64,000 nucleotides of DNA from Abditibacterium sp. (GCA_965199495.1 CBDASK010000003.1:1568001-1632000), one strand, 5' to 3'. Positions 9,920-20,385 are shown, counted from the first letter of the stretch. Notes: generated by a model not told the origin, from the sequence alone. Numbers and translations are program-made.

Positions 9920-10667
9920 ATTCGGGGGACACAATACTTAATTATTCCCACTCGATTTGGGGCCGGGCTTTTTAGCAGCCAACGCACGCCCACAAATCTG
10001 TTCGGCCCGACTTACAAATTCGGACGTGCCGCAGGGCCGACCAGTGCGCGTTTGCTGGCGCAAGCGAATTGCGACGTCGTCATCCAAATCGTTTTCCATC
10101 AACTGTCGCCACGCGCGTGCATCGGGCAATAATCCCAACAAATCGTTGGTTTCCACCAATGGCTCGTGCCCGCGTTGTTCGGTATGAAACGCCGCGCTCG
10201 ACCAACGGTAATCTACGGCTCGCGCAACCAAACCCGCCCGCACCGGATTGAGCAACACGTAACGTGCCGCCGCGCCCAAATGATCCTGATCGAGCGGACA
10301 CGAGCTAAAACGCCCCTGAAATAGATAGCCCGTGGCTCGCAGGCGCCGGTTAATTTGCCATGTATAGCGCCGGTGCGCCTCGCCGATGGCACTCGCCAGC
10401 GCCGTCTCGCTGGCCGGAACCGCCAGCAAGTGAACGCGATTGGTCATCAAGCAATAGCACAAAATCCGCACGCCAAACTTCTCGGTCTGCTCTCTCATGT
10501 GACGTAAGTAAAGCGCGCGGTCGCCATCGCCGAAGAAGATGTCGCCCCGCCGCACGCCACGTTGCGTGACGTGGTGAGCGTAATCGGGCAAAACAACGCG
10601 AGAGAGACGAGGCATAAAGCGTAGTTTAGCCCAGTCAAGGAATAATTAAGTATTGTGTCCCCTGAAT
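9920..10667 (-). mobile_element. RAYT/IS200-like element bounded by 29-bp inverted repeats
   Basis: ATTCGGGGGACACAATACTTAATTATTCC (9920-9948) and GGAATAATTAAGTATTGTGTCCCCTGAAT (10639-10667) match 28/29 as inverted repeats around the transposase gene. Confidence 0.8.
9938..10615 (-). CDS. REP-associated tyrosine transposase (Y1_Tnp/HUH), possibly inactive
   Basis: HHVTQRG, YCLMTNRVHLL (canonical NHVH), GYLFQGRF, YVLLNPVRAGLV, YRWSS. Confidence 0.9.
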   Translation of the reverse strand: MPRLSRVVLPDYAHHVTQRGVRRGDIFFGDGDRALYLRHMREQTEKFGVRILCYCLMTNRVHLLAVPASETALASAIGEAHRRYTWQINRRLRATGYLFQGRFSSCPLDQDHLGAAARYVLLNPVRAGLVARAVDYRWSSAAFHTEQRGHEPLVETNDLLGLLPDARAWRQLMENDLDDDVAIRLRQQTRTGRPCGTSEFVSRAEQICGRALAAKKPGPKSSGNN

Positions 10668-10685
10668 TCCAATCCTGAATTCCAA

Positions 10686-12218
10686 TCAACGCAGTGTCAC
10701 GTCGTCCCAGCGCACGCTGGCGCTGTTAGCCCGCGTGAGATCGCGGATTTTGGTCTGGGCAGACGCCATGGTTTTGGCAGCCACGTCGTCGCCCTCTTTG
10801 ACTTCCAATGCGGCGTCGGCTTTGGTCTGGTCGTCAATTTGGGCCTGAAGCGCATTGCTGCCTTCCAGAGAAATCACGACCCACCCGTTGACCGGCACGA
10901 ACTGAACGCTCAGGAGTTGCCATTCCCCATTTTTGCTGGCTTGCGCAGTGAAACTGCGGTCGCCGTAGAGAGGTTGCGTGCCATGAGCGGCCAGCGTCGC
11001 GCCCGCTCCATTTTCAGGTTTGACCCAGGCCTGCAACGTGTAAGAGCGCCCCGGCACCAGCGGGCCGACCACGCGGCGCACGAAGTGCGTGGCCTGCGGC
11101 GCCAGAGAAATTTGCAGACAGTTCTGGCCCGCGTGCCCACCACTGGCCGAAAAATTGGCCCAGTTCGCCGGATCATACGAGTCGGCCACGACGTAGGGAT
11201 ACCAGTCGTAGCGCGGATCGTTGATCGCCTCGAAGCCGCCGTTCAAGGCGTTGAGTGGCGTCAACCGATAGCCCTCCTTGATGGCGGTGTAGGCTGGAGT
11301 CGCATCAAATTCGGCGGTTTTTTCGAGCGACGTTTGCAGCAGTTCCCAATCGCCCTGACTATCCAAATTGTAAAGCATGACGTGGCTGTAACCGAAACGC
11401 TTGAGCTGGACATAGAATTTGTCCATCCATTCGCGCCGCCCCTGCGCGCCGGTTTTGAACCAAGGGTCAATGGCACCCGACTCGGAAATCACTAACGGAC
11501 GGCGCGTGGTTTTGAGTTCGTTCAACCATTGCCAGGGGCGTCCCAAAACGGTTTCATCAATCTGGCCGCCATAGGCGTGCATTCCGATAAAATCGCAGAC
11601 GCTGCCGATGCCCAGAGCGATCATTTCGCGCAGAATTGGTGAATCGGGCGCGGCGGGCGGTGGCGATTCGATCTGGATACGCGGGTCAACTTTGTGGGCT
11701 TCCTCGAACGCGATTTTGCACATATCGAAGCTCTGCTGCGCCGTCAGTTTGCCGTTTCCGTAGTCCACGTCCGGCTCGTTGTCTATGATGTAATAGAAGA
11801 CGCGCCCCTTATAATGGGTCATCACGCTGGAAGCGAAGTAGCGCCAGTTGGCTTTCCACTTTTCGTAATCGGGATCGCGGTCAATCATCAGACGTGGCGA
11901 CATGGTGGCGCGAATCTGAATATTGGCGGCGCGATAGGCTTCGATGGTAGCGTCGCGCTTGGGCCAACGGAAGGGCGCGCCCCCATTTCTGCCGCCGATG
12001 TCGTCCATGCCGATGCGCGCGCTGCCCAGCCCCAAATCGTTGTCGGCAGCAATCGAGCGCGCCACATAAGTCGGATCGGTATTAAAACCGGTGTTGTTGT
12101 TGATGCCGACGAAAGCGCGGTCGCCGACAGCGTGCGCGGAAGAAACGGCCAGCAGCGTGGCGGCGCCCATCAGCGCGGTCGCAGAAAGTAGAGGCAAAGA
12201 AATAAGGGCAGGTTTCAT
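10686..12218 (-). CDS. Secreted clan-A glycoside hydrolase (GH5/GH39-like) with C-terminal carbohydrate-binding module
   Basis: Signal peptide; DNEPD acid/base; GMHAY; VISESG nucleophile; NGGFE...PGRSYTLQAWVK...EWQLLSVQF CBM4/9-like domain. Confidence 0.75.
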   Translation of the reverse strand: MKPALISLPLLSATALMGAATLLAVSSAHAVGDRAFVGINNNTGFNTDPTYVARSIAADNDLGLGSARIGMDDIGGRNGGAPFRWPKRDATIEAYRAANIQIRATMSPRLMIDRDPDYEKWKANWRYFASSVMTHYKGRVFYYIIDNEPDVDYGNGKLTAQQSFDMCKIAFEEAHKVDPRIQIESPPPAAPDSPILREMIALGIGSVCDFIGMHAYGGQIDETVLGRPWQWLNELKTTRRPLVISESGAIDPWFKTGAQGRREWMDKFYVQLKRFGYSHVMLYNLDSQGDWELLQTSLEKTAEFDATPAYTAIKEGYRLTPLNALNGGFEAINDPRYDWYPYVVADSYDPANWANFSASGGHAGQNCLQISLAPQATHFVRRVVGPLVPGRSYTLQAWVKPENGAGATLAAHGTQPLYGDRSFTAQASKNGEWQLLSVQFVPVNGWVVISLEGSNALQAQIDDQTKADAALEVKEGDDVAAKTMASAQTKIRDLTRANSASVRWDDVTLR

Positions 12219-12463
12219 ACATTTGAAATCAAAATTCGCACGCAACGAGGTGATCTTGTTGAGTTGGTTTCTTTATTCGATAGGGGTGAGGTCACCCGCG
12301 TCGCAGAGGGTTGGGTGAAGTCGAAGTTGTAGTCCTCGAAGCGTGGAAAGTTGCCCTGCCGCCGGGCCGCGCTTTGACGTGACCGGCGGCAAAAGCGATA
12401 TTTCATCCGATGGAATATCGCTGCTCTTTTTTGACTTATCAATTGGCGGATTGCCGAGCGTTT

Positions 12464-15019
12464 TTAATAGCGGGCGTTGCCGATTTGGAAGTAGATTTTG
12501 TCGCGCACGGCGTCGTAGTTGATCGTGAGTTCGCGCGGGCCGACGGCGCGGCCCAGACTCCAACCGTAGTTGAACGAGCTATCGAGGGCGAACGACGAGT
12601 AATCGGCGAACAATCCGGCGCGCCATTTGGAACTGATGCGGTAGTTGATGTCGGTGCTGCCATAAAGCGAGCCATCGTTGAAGCTACGCGACAAAAACGT
12701 CGAAAAACCCAGTTTGCTGGAAACCTGCGCATCGAACGAGGCCGAGGCATAATTAGTGAAGTTGCCCAGCGAGTTGCTGCTGTAAAGGCCCAACGACGAG
12801 CGGTCGTAGGTGTAATCCAGACGCAGGTTGGCGCGGCTGCCGACGCGTTGCGAAAAGCCCAGCGTGACGCCGGGCGCGACGCCACGACGGCCATCGGAAT
12901 AGTTGAAGGCGGTCGTCAGCAGGTTGGCCGTCACTTGCGCGCCGCTCCACGGCTGGTAAAGCGGCGTCCTAACCGAAGCGGTCAGGGTTTGGCCATAAAG
13001 CGGATTATAGTCGGTGATGGTTTGCCCTGCGCCCTGTCCGGGGATGCCGATGCCGCCGCCGCCCATGCCCGGCACAAAACGCGTGGTGCCAACGCGACTA
13101 ATCGCCAATAGGTTGGCGCTGACGGTATAGGTCAGGCCGGTTTTGCCCAACTGTTTGGGACGCAGACGCGCGTAAAATTGGCCGCGCGTTATGCTTTGCT
13201 GGCCCTGCGGCGCATCGTAAAACGATTCGAGGCCGATTTGTGCGGCTTTGAAATCTTTGGTGATGGCGGCGCGGCCAAACAAATCGCGACCGCGCGGCAC
13301 ATTGACGAAGAACGAGGCCGCCGCCGTGCCACCCAGATTTTGCTGGTGCTGAAAGTTGAAGTTGGGCGCGCCGTGGCCGATTTCGTCAATGCCGAAGCGC
13401 CCGCGCGAACTGGACGAAAGCGAGTATTGCTGGTCGAGTTCGACCGAGGGGCCTTTGCGGTTCGAGCTGAAACCGGCACCCGGATCGTTGCGCAAAATCA
13501 ACGCGCCCGTGCCGTTTTTCGAGGCCTGATAAAACACCGGGAAACGCACCGACAAGCCGCCCGCCGAGTTGAAAGCAAACAGATCGGTCGTCGGGTTGAA
13601 CGAGCCGTCGAGCGGCAGCACGTAAAGCGGCACTTTGAACGCCTTGCCGCCGTTGAAATAGACCGTGGCGCGCTCGAACTGAATCTCGGTGCGCGGGAAC
13701 ACGCGCAGACGGCGCGCCGCCACCCAGTAACCCGCGCCCACATCGAAAGCGGGCGGTGGCAGTTCGATGATGCGCGGTTCGACGCCATCATCCGGCAAGG
13801 GCTGATAAGGCGTCAAACTCGGCAAATCGCCATCGGCCCGTGGTTGCGTGACCAGAGGATTGCTCTGCGTACTCGTCGCGCCCGGCCCATCGGGGCCAGA
13901 CGCGGCATCGGTTTTAGCGGGCGTTATCGCATCAGGCGTGTTTTCGGGCGCGGAATCGGGCGCGTTTTGCGCCGAAGTATCGGTCGTCTCATCGCCGGTG
14001 GCTGCTTGCGTGGTCGGCGTCTCTTCGGTGATTTTAGCCGAAACCGCGCCGCTCTGGCCCAGCGCATCGGCGTTGGCTTTACGATTATCCAACACGTTAA
14101 TCGGCGCGTCGTTATTGATGCCGTCGCCCAAAATTTGTCCGGCGGCGGGCACAATCGCGGCGGGCGCCTGGGGCGCATCAGCTTTATCTTTGGTGATAAC
14201 CGGTTTTTCCGGAGTGATGGCAGTGTTGGGCGTCTCTTTGGCATCGAGGGGCGGCAACGAGGCGAAGTCGGCGCCGAAAAACTCTTGGCGCGCGCCGGTA
14301 TCGCCGTTGGAACCGTCGCCTTCGGCGCGGCGTATCACGCCACTGCGGCGTTGCAGATCGAAAAATAGGCGTTCGCCGCGCAGAGTTTTGGCGCGCGTTC
14401 CCCGCCCCTGCCGAACCGAAACCCCGTCTTTGTTGCCCTGCGCCCAGATGCGTTCTTTATATAAATCCACATCCAGGCGCACGTCGCTTTCGATGTGAAT
14501 ATCGCCGAAATCGAACTGCGATTTGCCCGACGAAGTGATGATGCCCGTGCTTTGTCCATAAGCGACATAGGGCGCCGCGACTTCGAGATAGCGGTCAACG
14601 CGCTCGCCCTCGGCACTAAATTCGACCGTGATAACTTCGCGCGAATTTCCAATAAACGCCGTCACGACGGCGGTGCCGGGCGTGTTGGCCGAGCGCAACA
14701 GCACACGAGCCACGCCGCCCGACAACACGGACTGGCTTTCGATGGTGCCCGCCGTCGTGGCGAAACGCACGACGGGATTGGCCGAAATCGCGTCGCGCGA
14801 AGGCGGCACCTGCACGAAAATCGAGGTCGTCGAAATGCCGTTGGCCGGAATCACGTCTGGCTCGGCGCGTAGCGTGAAGCGCGCACTTTGCGCATGGGCA
14901 GAAGGCGCCACAACAACGCTGATCATGCCGCCAAGCGACAGGAAAAAAAGGGCAACGAGCGAGCGCGAAAAAACGGACATAACGGAAAATTGCGCGTGAA
15001 AGCGAAACTTCGACTTCAA
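12464..15019 (-). CDS. Outer-membrane protein: N-terminal Ig-like (Big_1/invasin) domain + LptD-like beta-barrel
   Basis: AEPDVIPANGISTTSIFVQV...FATTAGTI...PGTAVVTA Ig-like domain; P/T/D-rich linker; amphipathic beta-strands ending in an aromatic residue. Start uncertain (TTG 15019 or ATG 14980). Confidence 0.55.
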   Translation of the reverse strand: MKSKFRFHAQFSVMSVFSRSLVALFFLSLGGMISVVVAPSAHAQSARFTLRAEPDVIPANGISTTSIFVQVPPSRDAISANPVVRFATTAGTIESQSVLSGGVARVLLRSANTPGTAVVTAFIGNSREVITVEFSAEGERVDRYLEVAAPYVAYGQSTGIITSSGKSQFDFGDIHIESDVRLDVDLYKERIWAQGNKDGVSVRQGRGTRAKTLRGERLFFDLQRRSGVIRRAEGDGSNGDTGARQEFFGADFASLPPLDAKETPNTAITPEKPVITKDKADAPQAPAAIVPAAGQILGDGINNDAPINVLDNRKANADALGQSGAVSAKITEETPTTQAATGDETTDTSAQNAPDSAPENTPDAITPAKTDAASGPDGPGATSTQSNPLVTQPRADGDLPSLTPYQPLPDDGVEPRIIELPPPAFDVGAGYWVAARRLRVFPRTEIQFERATVYFNGGKAFKVPLYVLPLDGSFNPTTDLFAFNSAGGLSVRFPVFYQASKNGTGALILRNDPGAGFSSNRKGPSVELDQQYSLSSSSRGRFGIDEIGHGAPNFNFQHQQNLGGTAAASFFVNVPRGRDLFGRAAITKDFKAAQIGLESFYDAPQGQQSITRGQFYARLRPKQLGKTGLTYTVSANLLAISRVGTTRFVPGMGGGGIGIPGQGAGQTITDYNPLYGQTLTASVRTPLYQPWSGAQVTANLLTTAFNYSDGRRGVAPGVTLGFSQRVGSRANLRLDYTYDRSSLGLYSSNSLGNFTNYASASFDAQVSSKLGFSTFLSRSFNDGSLYGSTDINYRISSKWRAGLFADYSSFALDSSFNYGWSLGRAVGPRELTINYDAVRDKIYFQIGNARY

Positions 15020-15025
15020 AAAACA

Positions 15026-15213
15026 GGTAGTGGCTCAACGGGGGTTGCAGCGTTGTCATTCTGAGCGCAATGAGGAACGAACGAAGTCGAAGAATCCACA
15101 GGTTGCGCGTTGACTTCGCTTTCGCCTCGATTCCAATTTTTAGATTCTTCGACTTCGTTCGTTCCTCACTGCGCTCAGAATGACAACGCTGCAACCCCCG
15201 TTGAGCCACTACC
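15026..15213. repeat. REPIN-like long palindrome, GTCATTCTGAGCG family
   Basis: Near-perfect arms of about 70 bp: GGTAGTGGCTCAACGGGGGTTGCAGCGTTGTCATTCTGAGCGC...GCGCTCAGAATGACAACGCTGCAACCCCCGTTGAGCCACTACC. Confidence 0.9.
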
Positions 15214-15334
15214 CAAAAAAACAGATGCCGCTTTCCCCAAAAGAAAAGCGGCATTAGTTTAAAACATCAATGCTTCAAATGAAAGCAATCGGTAACAGTT
15301 ATTTATGCGGCCAATGACCGCGTTAACCAAACTT

Positions 15335-16261
15335 TTAGCGATCCAGAGCTTTCTCGTTGCCCGGATCAATACCCAACGGCGGCTCGCCAGCAGGGACGAC
15401 CGGGATCATCGGCATACCCGCTTGAGGTGCCATCGCATTGGGCGTGGCTGTTGTGTTGGGCGCGGTCATCGTATTGGGCGTGGCCATTGCGGGGGTTTTG
15501 CCATCCATGCCCATTTTGCCGTCCATGCCTTTTTTCCCTTTACCCATCTCGTCCTTGAGATTTTCGGTGAGCGAGGTGGGCAATTGGAAACTTTCGGGCG
15601 GCTTAACGAAAAAAGCGGCGACTTGGCCGAAGGCATTGGCGGCGGCATTTTGCAGACGCTCTTCGGGCGTGCGGCCTGTGGCAGGATCGGAAGTCACGAC
15701 GACCGAGTTCACCGGGCCACCGCCACCGATTTCGTAGAGCTTGGCCGAGACCTGCAATTGCAACGTCGGATTTTGGACCGTGCCACCAACGCTTAACTCT
15801 TCGATTTGAACCTGCGTGATCATCGGCACCTGATCAAATTTGAGTTTGGAGAAGATCGGCTCGGCGGTTTGCAGCGAGGGCGCGCTGACGAACGGATTAA
15901 CGATATCGTCCGAAATCAGGTTATCGCTGACGGCGCGCCGCAAAATCGGATCGAAGCGATAGGGCAAAGTCACCGAAAACTTGCCGGTGTCCGCAAAGGC
16001 CCGTTGCACTTCGGAACGTACCAACGGTTTAATCGCTTCGCCCAGTTGGGGGCCGCCGTTCCAATCGGGGCCGATGGTGAGCGGCAAAACCAACAACACG
16101 CGCTGGCCGGGCCAAATCTCCAGCGCGGGTTTTTTCATTTTGGGCGCGGCCTGAGCGGCGGGCGTCAAAATCGGCAAACACATCGCGCTTACGCCAAAGC
16201 CTAAAACGCCCAGAGTCAGCAGAGACGCGCGACGCGAAGGTGAAACAGAGTAATTCTTCAT
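15335..16261 (-). CDS. Hypothetical exported protein (CsgG/TolB-N-like alpha/beta fold possible)
   Basis: Signal peptide (AAQA), RVLLVLPL...AFADTGKFSV, M/P-rich tail; same operon as its neighbours. Confidence 0.6.
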   Translation of the reverse strand: MKNYSVSPSRRASLLTLGVLGFGVSAMCLPILTPAAQAAPKMKKPALEIWPGQRVLLVLPLTIGPDWNGGPQLGEAIKPLVRSEVQRAFADTGKFSVTLPYRFDPILRRAVSDNLISDDIVNPFVSAPSLQTAEPIFSKLKFDQVPMITQVQIEELSVGGTVQNPTLQLQVSAKLYEIGGGGPVNSVVVTSDPATGRTPEERLQNAAANAFGQVAAFFVKPPESFQLPTSLTENLKDEMGKGKKGMDGKMGMDGKTPAMATPNTMTAPNTTATPNAMAPQAGMPMIPVVPAGEPPLGIDPGNEKALDR

Positions 16262-16377
16262 AATTTGTTTTTCCGATGCAGTTTAAATGGAATCCGACGG
16301 AATTGTCATCCTCGTTACCTCCTCGTGAAACCAAATTCCGCGCCTCGCAAACTTCTTTGCGAGGCGCGGAACAGAGA

Positions 16378-18732
16378 TTATTGAGGTGGTCGCACGCGGA
16401 CATTGCCAGAACCGGGAACGGAGCGCCCGTTGAGGCCACCATTGCGATTCAGGTTGATGCCACCGCTGGAATCGCCGGTCGGCGCGTTCAGGAAACGGGA
16501 GCCGGTGGCGACACGGTTTTGCCCGGCGGCGCTGTCAATTCTCGCGGTCGGACTGATGCGAAATGCGGGATTTGCATCATTGGTGTTGCGCGACAAAACA
16601 CGAATATAAAGCGGCGTTACACCCGGCAAATAGGGGTTGCCGGCTGACGACGGAATGCGAATGTCGCTGGCGTTGCCCAAACCGAGGATAATGGACTGGT
16701 TGAACGGATTGCCACCGGCAACAAACGGCGGAGCCGGAATGTCAGGCGAAACAAAGGTTGCGTTGCGCGGGAAGGACTGCGAAGTCGAGACCTCAAAGCG
16801 GAATTGGTTGACGCCTGAACCGACATAGGGATTGGCGGGCAACGCATAACCGACACCAGCATTGAGGGCAAACGCGCTGATATCCGTGGTAACGCGAACC
16901 GAAAAATTGTCCGTATCGAAGGTTTGATTGGGCACGACCATCGGCAAGAACAACGGTGTATAACCACCAACGGCGGCAGAAACCGGGCTGCGAACCGGCA
17001 ACAACGTCACCGCAGTCCCGGTGGTATTGTTGGTCGTTGTCGTCGTGCGCTGGCGTTGCGCCGTGATGCGACCAACACGATAATAGTAGGTCTGGCCGAT
17101 AACCAGAGGACGCTGCGTAAACTCGATACCAATGGCGCCAGTGGTCGAGTTCGAGTTGAGCTGGTCGGCGCCCGTGATAACGGCGCTGCCAAAAGTAACG
17201 TCAACACCGTTGGGAGTCAAAGTGCCATTCGTGCTGGTCGTAGCGGTAATATCCACTCTACGTCGAGTGTCACCTAAAATTCCGGAATCGGTGAAACTGA
17301 CGACTTTGCTTGCGGAGTCAAAACGACCATCAACGACGGCCTGCAAGTTACTCGCATCGGGCGTGAAACCGGGCGCCGTGCCACGATAAACCAGATAGGC
17401 CACGACCGATTCGCGGTCGAGCGTTTGCGCGAAGCTAATGCCATCGAAACCGGCGGTAAAACTAAAACGCGGTTGCGGATAGATGCCCGTGGGATTGGCT
17501 TCGGCGATATTAAACGCGTTGGGCGCTTTATTGTTGGAGCCACCGCCAAAGCCAGCCAGCGCGACCAACGCCGCTAATCCGACCAGACCAAAAATGCCCG
17601 ACTGAGCTCTTTTGACGAGACCGCCTCTGTTGGTGCTGGGCGGCGGCGCGGTGACGGGCGTCACGCTGTTGCCATTGCGGCCAGTCACCGGATAGTTACC
17701 GGGCACGAAGATTTGGCGCACACGGTCTCCCGTGGCAACGCCTTCTTGGCCACCCGCTGAAACGCGGGCCGACGACTGCGTCGCGTTGACGGTGGAGATG
17801 GTGACTTCACCGATTTTGCGGCGCTCGGTCACGTTGCGCGCGCGGTCGTATTTATCGCGCAAAACGCTGAAGCGCTCACCAATCGAAACGCCCGCATCGG
17901 CGCCAATCGAAAGCACGACTTCGTCTTTGGCCACGTTCAAAACGGTGCCACTGGGAAGCGTCGTCTGGCGCATCGAGCGCACGGCGGCAAAGACCGCTTT
18001 GTTGATCGCTTCATCCACCAAAATTTCGTTGGCGACTTCGCCGAGCATCTGCTCGGTCGGCTGCGAAACGACGGTGCCGTTGATGTAATCGCCGGTCACA
18101 ACATCCAGTTGGCGGGTTTCGAGAGTGACGCGCGCCGAGCGCCCGTTCACGACTTGAACGTCGGTGATGCGCCCGGAAAACACGCTGGAAGCGTTGACGG
18201 CTTCGGCCAATTTAATCTGAGCGATGTCGTTATAGGGGGGCTGCAAACCGGCCTGCTGCGCGACGGTCTCTTCAATGGTCTGGCGCGGCACAACGGTATA
18301 GCTGCCCGAACGTTGGAGTTCGACGGCCAGACCATCGGCGGCTTTGCGACCCAGCAATGGATCGAGTCCTTTATCGGTCGCGAAATCGAGAACGATCACG
18401 CTTTGTGCGGGTGCGCCCTGCGCCTGAGCCACTGGCGCGCCCAGGGGCGTGGTGAGCGTCGCGAAAAACGCGAACATCATCGGCAAAAGCCAGGTCGCCA
18501 ACACGCTACGCGCGATAAAGCGCATGGCGGCGCTTTCGCGCTGCATCGAGAAGAACGCCTGAGCCGCGCTCGCAAGCGAGCGGTTTGGCGCGGCTTTACC
18601 AGCCACAGAAGGGGATAGTGCCATATCAGATTGGGTCATGTGAAAAGGGGCCAGAGGGCCAGCCGAAAAATCGGTCGAAGACATGATTTTTGCGGAAGAA
18701 AACTGGCTCTCCAGTCTACGATTTGAAAACAA
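16378..18732 (-). CDS. Envelope protein with CsgG/FlgT-like N-domain, FlgT C-terminal-like domain and a T-rich beta region
   Basis: VIVLDFA...AADGLAVELQRSGSYTVVPRQ; GTVLNV...LSIGADAGVSIGERFSV...KIGEVTI...GDRVR; internal hydrophobic segment. The real start is probably downstream of 18732. Confidence 0.6.
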   Translation of the reverse strand: MFSNRRLESQFSSAKIMSSTDFSAGPLAPFHMTQSDMALSPSVAGKAAPNRSLASAAQAFFSMQRESAAMRFIARSVLATWLLPMMFAFFATLTTPLGAPVAQAQGAPAQSVIVLDFATDKGLDPLLGRKAADGLAVELQRSGSYTVVPRQTIEETVAQQAGLQPPYNDIAQIKLAEAVNASSVFSGRITDVQVVNGRSARVTLETRQLDVVTGDYINGTVVSQPTEQMLGEVANEILVDEAINKAVFAAVRSMRQTTLPSGTVLNVAKDEVVLSIGADAGVSIGERFSVLRDKYDRARNVTERRKIGEVTISTVNATQSSARVSAGGQEGVATGDRVRQIFVPGNYPVTGRNGNSVTPVTAPPPSTNRGGLVKRAQSGIFGLVGLAALVALAGFGGGSNNKAPNAFNIAEANPTGIYPQPRFSFTAGFDGISFAQTLDRESVVAYLVYRGTAPGFTPDASNLQAVVDGRFDSASKVVSFTDSGILGDTRRRVDITATTSTNGTLTPNGVDVTFGSAVITGADQLNSNSTTGAIGIEFTQRPLVIGQTYYYRVGRITAQRQRTTTTTNNTTGTAVTLLPVRSPVSAAVGGYTPLFLPMVVPNQTFDTDNFSVRVTTDISAFALNAGVGYALPANPYVGSGVNQFRFEVSTSQSFPRNATFVSPDIPAPPFVAGGNPFNQSIILGLGNASDIRIPSSAGNPYLPGVTPLYIRVLSRNTNDANPAFRISPTARIDSAAGQNRVATGSRFLNAPTGDSSGGINLNRNGGLNGRSVPGSGNVRVRPPQ

Positions 18733-18834
18733 CTTCTGCTCGCCTCATTTATCTCGAAAAAACGCGTCTAAAAATGGAGCTAAAACCATGATTATTGCGC
18801 GCCCACGAATTTCAGAAGAGATAAAGTGACAGGC

Positions 18835-18863
18835 ATTGTAAAGCGAACGGCGCGCGCTGTCAA
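18835..18863 (-). promoter_or_regulatory. Sigma70-type promoter for the 18.7-12.5 kb envelope operon
   Basis: Minus strand TTGACA-N17-TACAAT. Confidence 0.75.
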
Positions 18864-19075
18864 GCGTTAGGCCTCATTTGCAAGCATCAAAACCCGCGAA
18901 ATTTCCGAAATTTCGCGCGGCATTCGATTGGACGCAAATTCCGCTAACTCTGCTTTCACTCGCACTCAACTCAACTCAACGACGAACTTGAGGTGTTGGA
19001 ATCTTACTTCAAATCATCTCAACGTGCCGCATTTGAACGGCCCCATCAGTCGTTCCATTCGTTGAATTTTTTTCG

Positions 19076-19927
19076 ATGCTCTCTTTTTTCTTCCACAAAA
19101 TGCACGGCGCGGGCAACGATTTCGTCCTTTTGGACGGCATCAGCGCGCCACTTTCGCCCCAGTTGGACATGACGCGCGTCGCGCAGTTGCTCTGCGCTCG
19201 CCACTTCGGCATCGGCGCGGATGGTCTGCTCACGCTCGAACCCTGCGATTCCAATGTGGCCGATGCGCGCATGAGAATGTGGAATCCCGACGGCACGCCC
19301 GATATGTGCGGTAACGGGTTGCGCTGCGTCGCCGAACTGGCGCATCGTCTGGGCCATATTCAAAAAAATAATTTCGCCATCGAAACCATCGCTGGTGTTC
19401 GCCAAATCCAGCGTTTGCCCGATGGCCGCATCCGTGCCGCGATGGGCGTGCCGCAATGGGCGCCCGCAATTGTGCCAATAAATACAGCCACGCCGTTACT
19501 CGACGGCACGCTCGAAGTCGCGGGCGAAACATTGGAAAACGTCACCGCGCTTTCGACCGGCTCGACGCACACCGTAATTTTTCGCGACGCCGAATTAGGC
19601 GAAGCCGCGTTCCAAACTCTCAGCCCGCAATTGGAAAATCATCCGCTATTTCCAGCGCGCACTTCAGTTATGTGGGCGGTGCCCGATGGCGCCAACAAAT
19701 TTAAAATTCGCATCTGGGAACGCGGCGCGGGCGAGACACTGGCGTGCGGGACGGGCGCCTGCGCCGTCGGCGTGGCTGCTATCGAGACAGGCCGCGCGAT
19801 TGGCTCCATCCTCGTCGAAAGTCGCGGTGGCGAACTGGAAGTCGAATGGAACCAACCCGATGGCGAAATTGCTTTGACGGGTCGCGCGACTTACGTTTAC
19901 GCGGGCGAAATTGCGTTGGAAATTTGA
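19076..19927 (+). CDS. dapF: Diaminopimelate epimerase
   Basis: KMHGAGNDF, GIGADG, MCGNGLRC, WERGAGETLACGTGACA. Confidence 0.97.
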   Translation: MLSFFFHKMHGAGNDFVLLDGISAPLSPQLDMTRVAQLLCARHFGIGADGLLTLEPCDSNVADARMRMWNPDGTPDMCGNGLRCVAELAHRLGHIQKNNFAIETIAGVRQIQRLPDGRIRAAMGVPQWAPAIVPINTATPLLDGTLEVAGETLENVTALSTGSTHTVIFRDAELGEAAFQTLSPQLENHPLFPARTSVMWAVPDGANKFKIRIWERGAGETLACGTGACAVGVAAIETGRAIGSILVESRGGELEVEWNQPDGEIALTGRATYVYAGEIALEI

Positions 19928-19928
19928 A

Positions 19929-20363
19929 CTATACCAGCCACTGGCGCGGCCCAATGCTAACCGGCAGCAATTGAGGCTCGCCCGCCAAAGCCTCCTCAAT
20001 GCGCCGAATGGTAAAATCGCTGATGGGACGCGGCAACGCTGTTGGCGGCCAATAAGCGCACTCCGTCACTTCGGCATCCGGGCAAAATTCCGCGTCCTCG
20101 TCCAACCGGTGGCAAAGCAAAACGAAGGACAATAAATCGAGTGCTGGCTCGTAATAAACGCCCGTTGTCCGCTCGGCTTCGACCCGCAAACCGGTTTCTT
20201 CGCGAACTTCGCGCAGCGCTGTTTCCACGATTGATTCGCCAATTTCAGCGCCACCGCCGGGTATTTCCCAGTTCAAATGACCGTAACTTTGCTTGACCAG
20301 CAAAACATGACCTGCATCGTTCAAAATAATCGCCGCCACGCCGAGTTTTTTTGTTTGCATCAT
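19929..20363 (-). CDS. NUDIX hydrolase
   Basis: Nudix box GGAEIGESIVETALREVREETG. Confidence 0.95.
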   Translation of the reverse strand: MMQTKKLGVAAIILNDAGHVLLVKQSYGHLNWEIPGGGAEIGESIVETALREVREETGLRVEAERTTGVYYEPALDLLSFVLLCHRLDEDAEFCPDAEVTECAYWPPTALPRPISDFTIRRIEEALAGEPQLLPVSIGPRQWLV

Positions 20364-20385
20364 TTCGCTTGTAAATCGCGCACGA

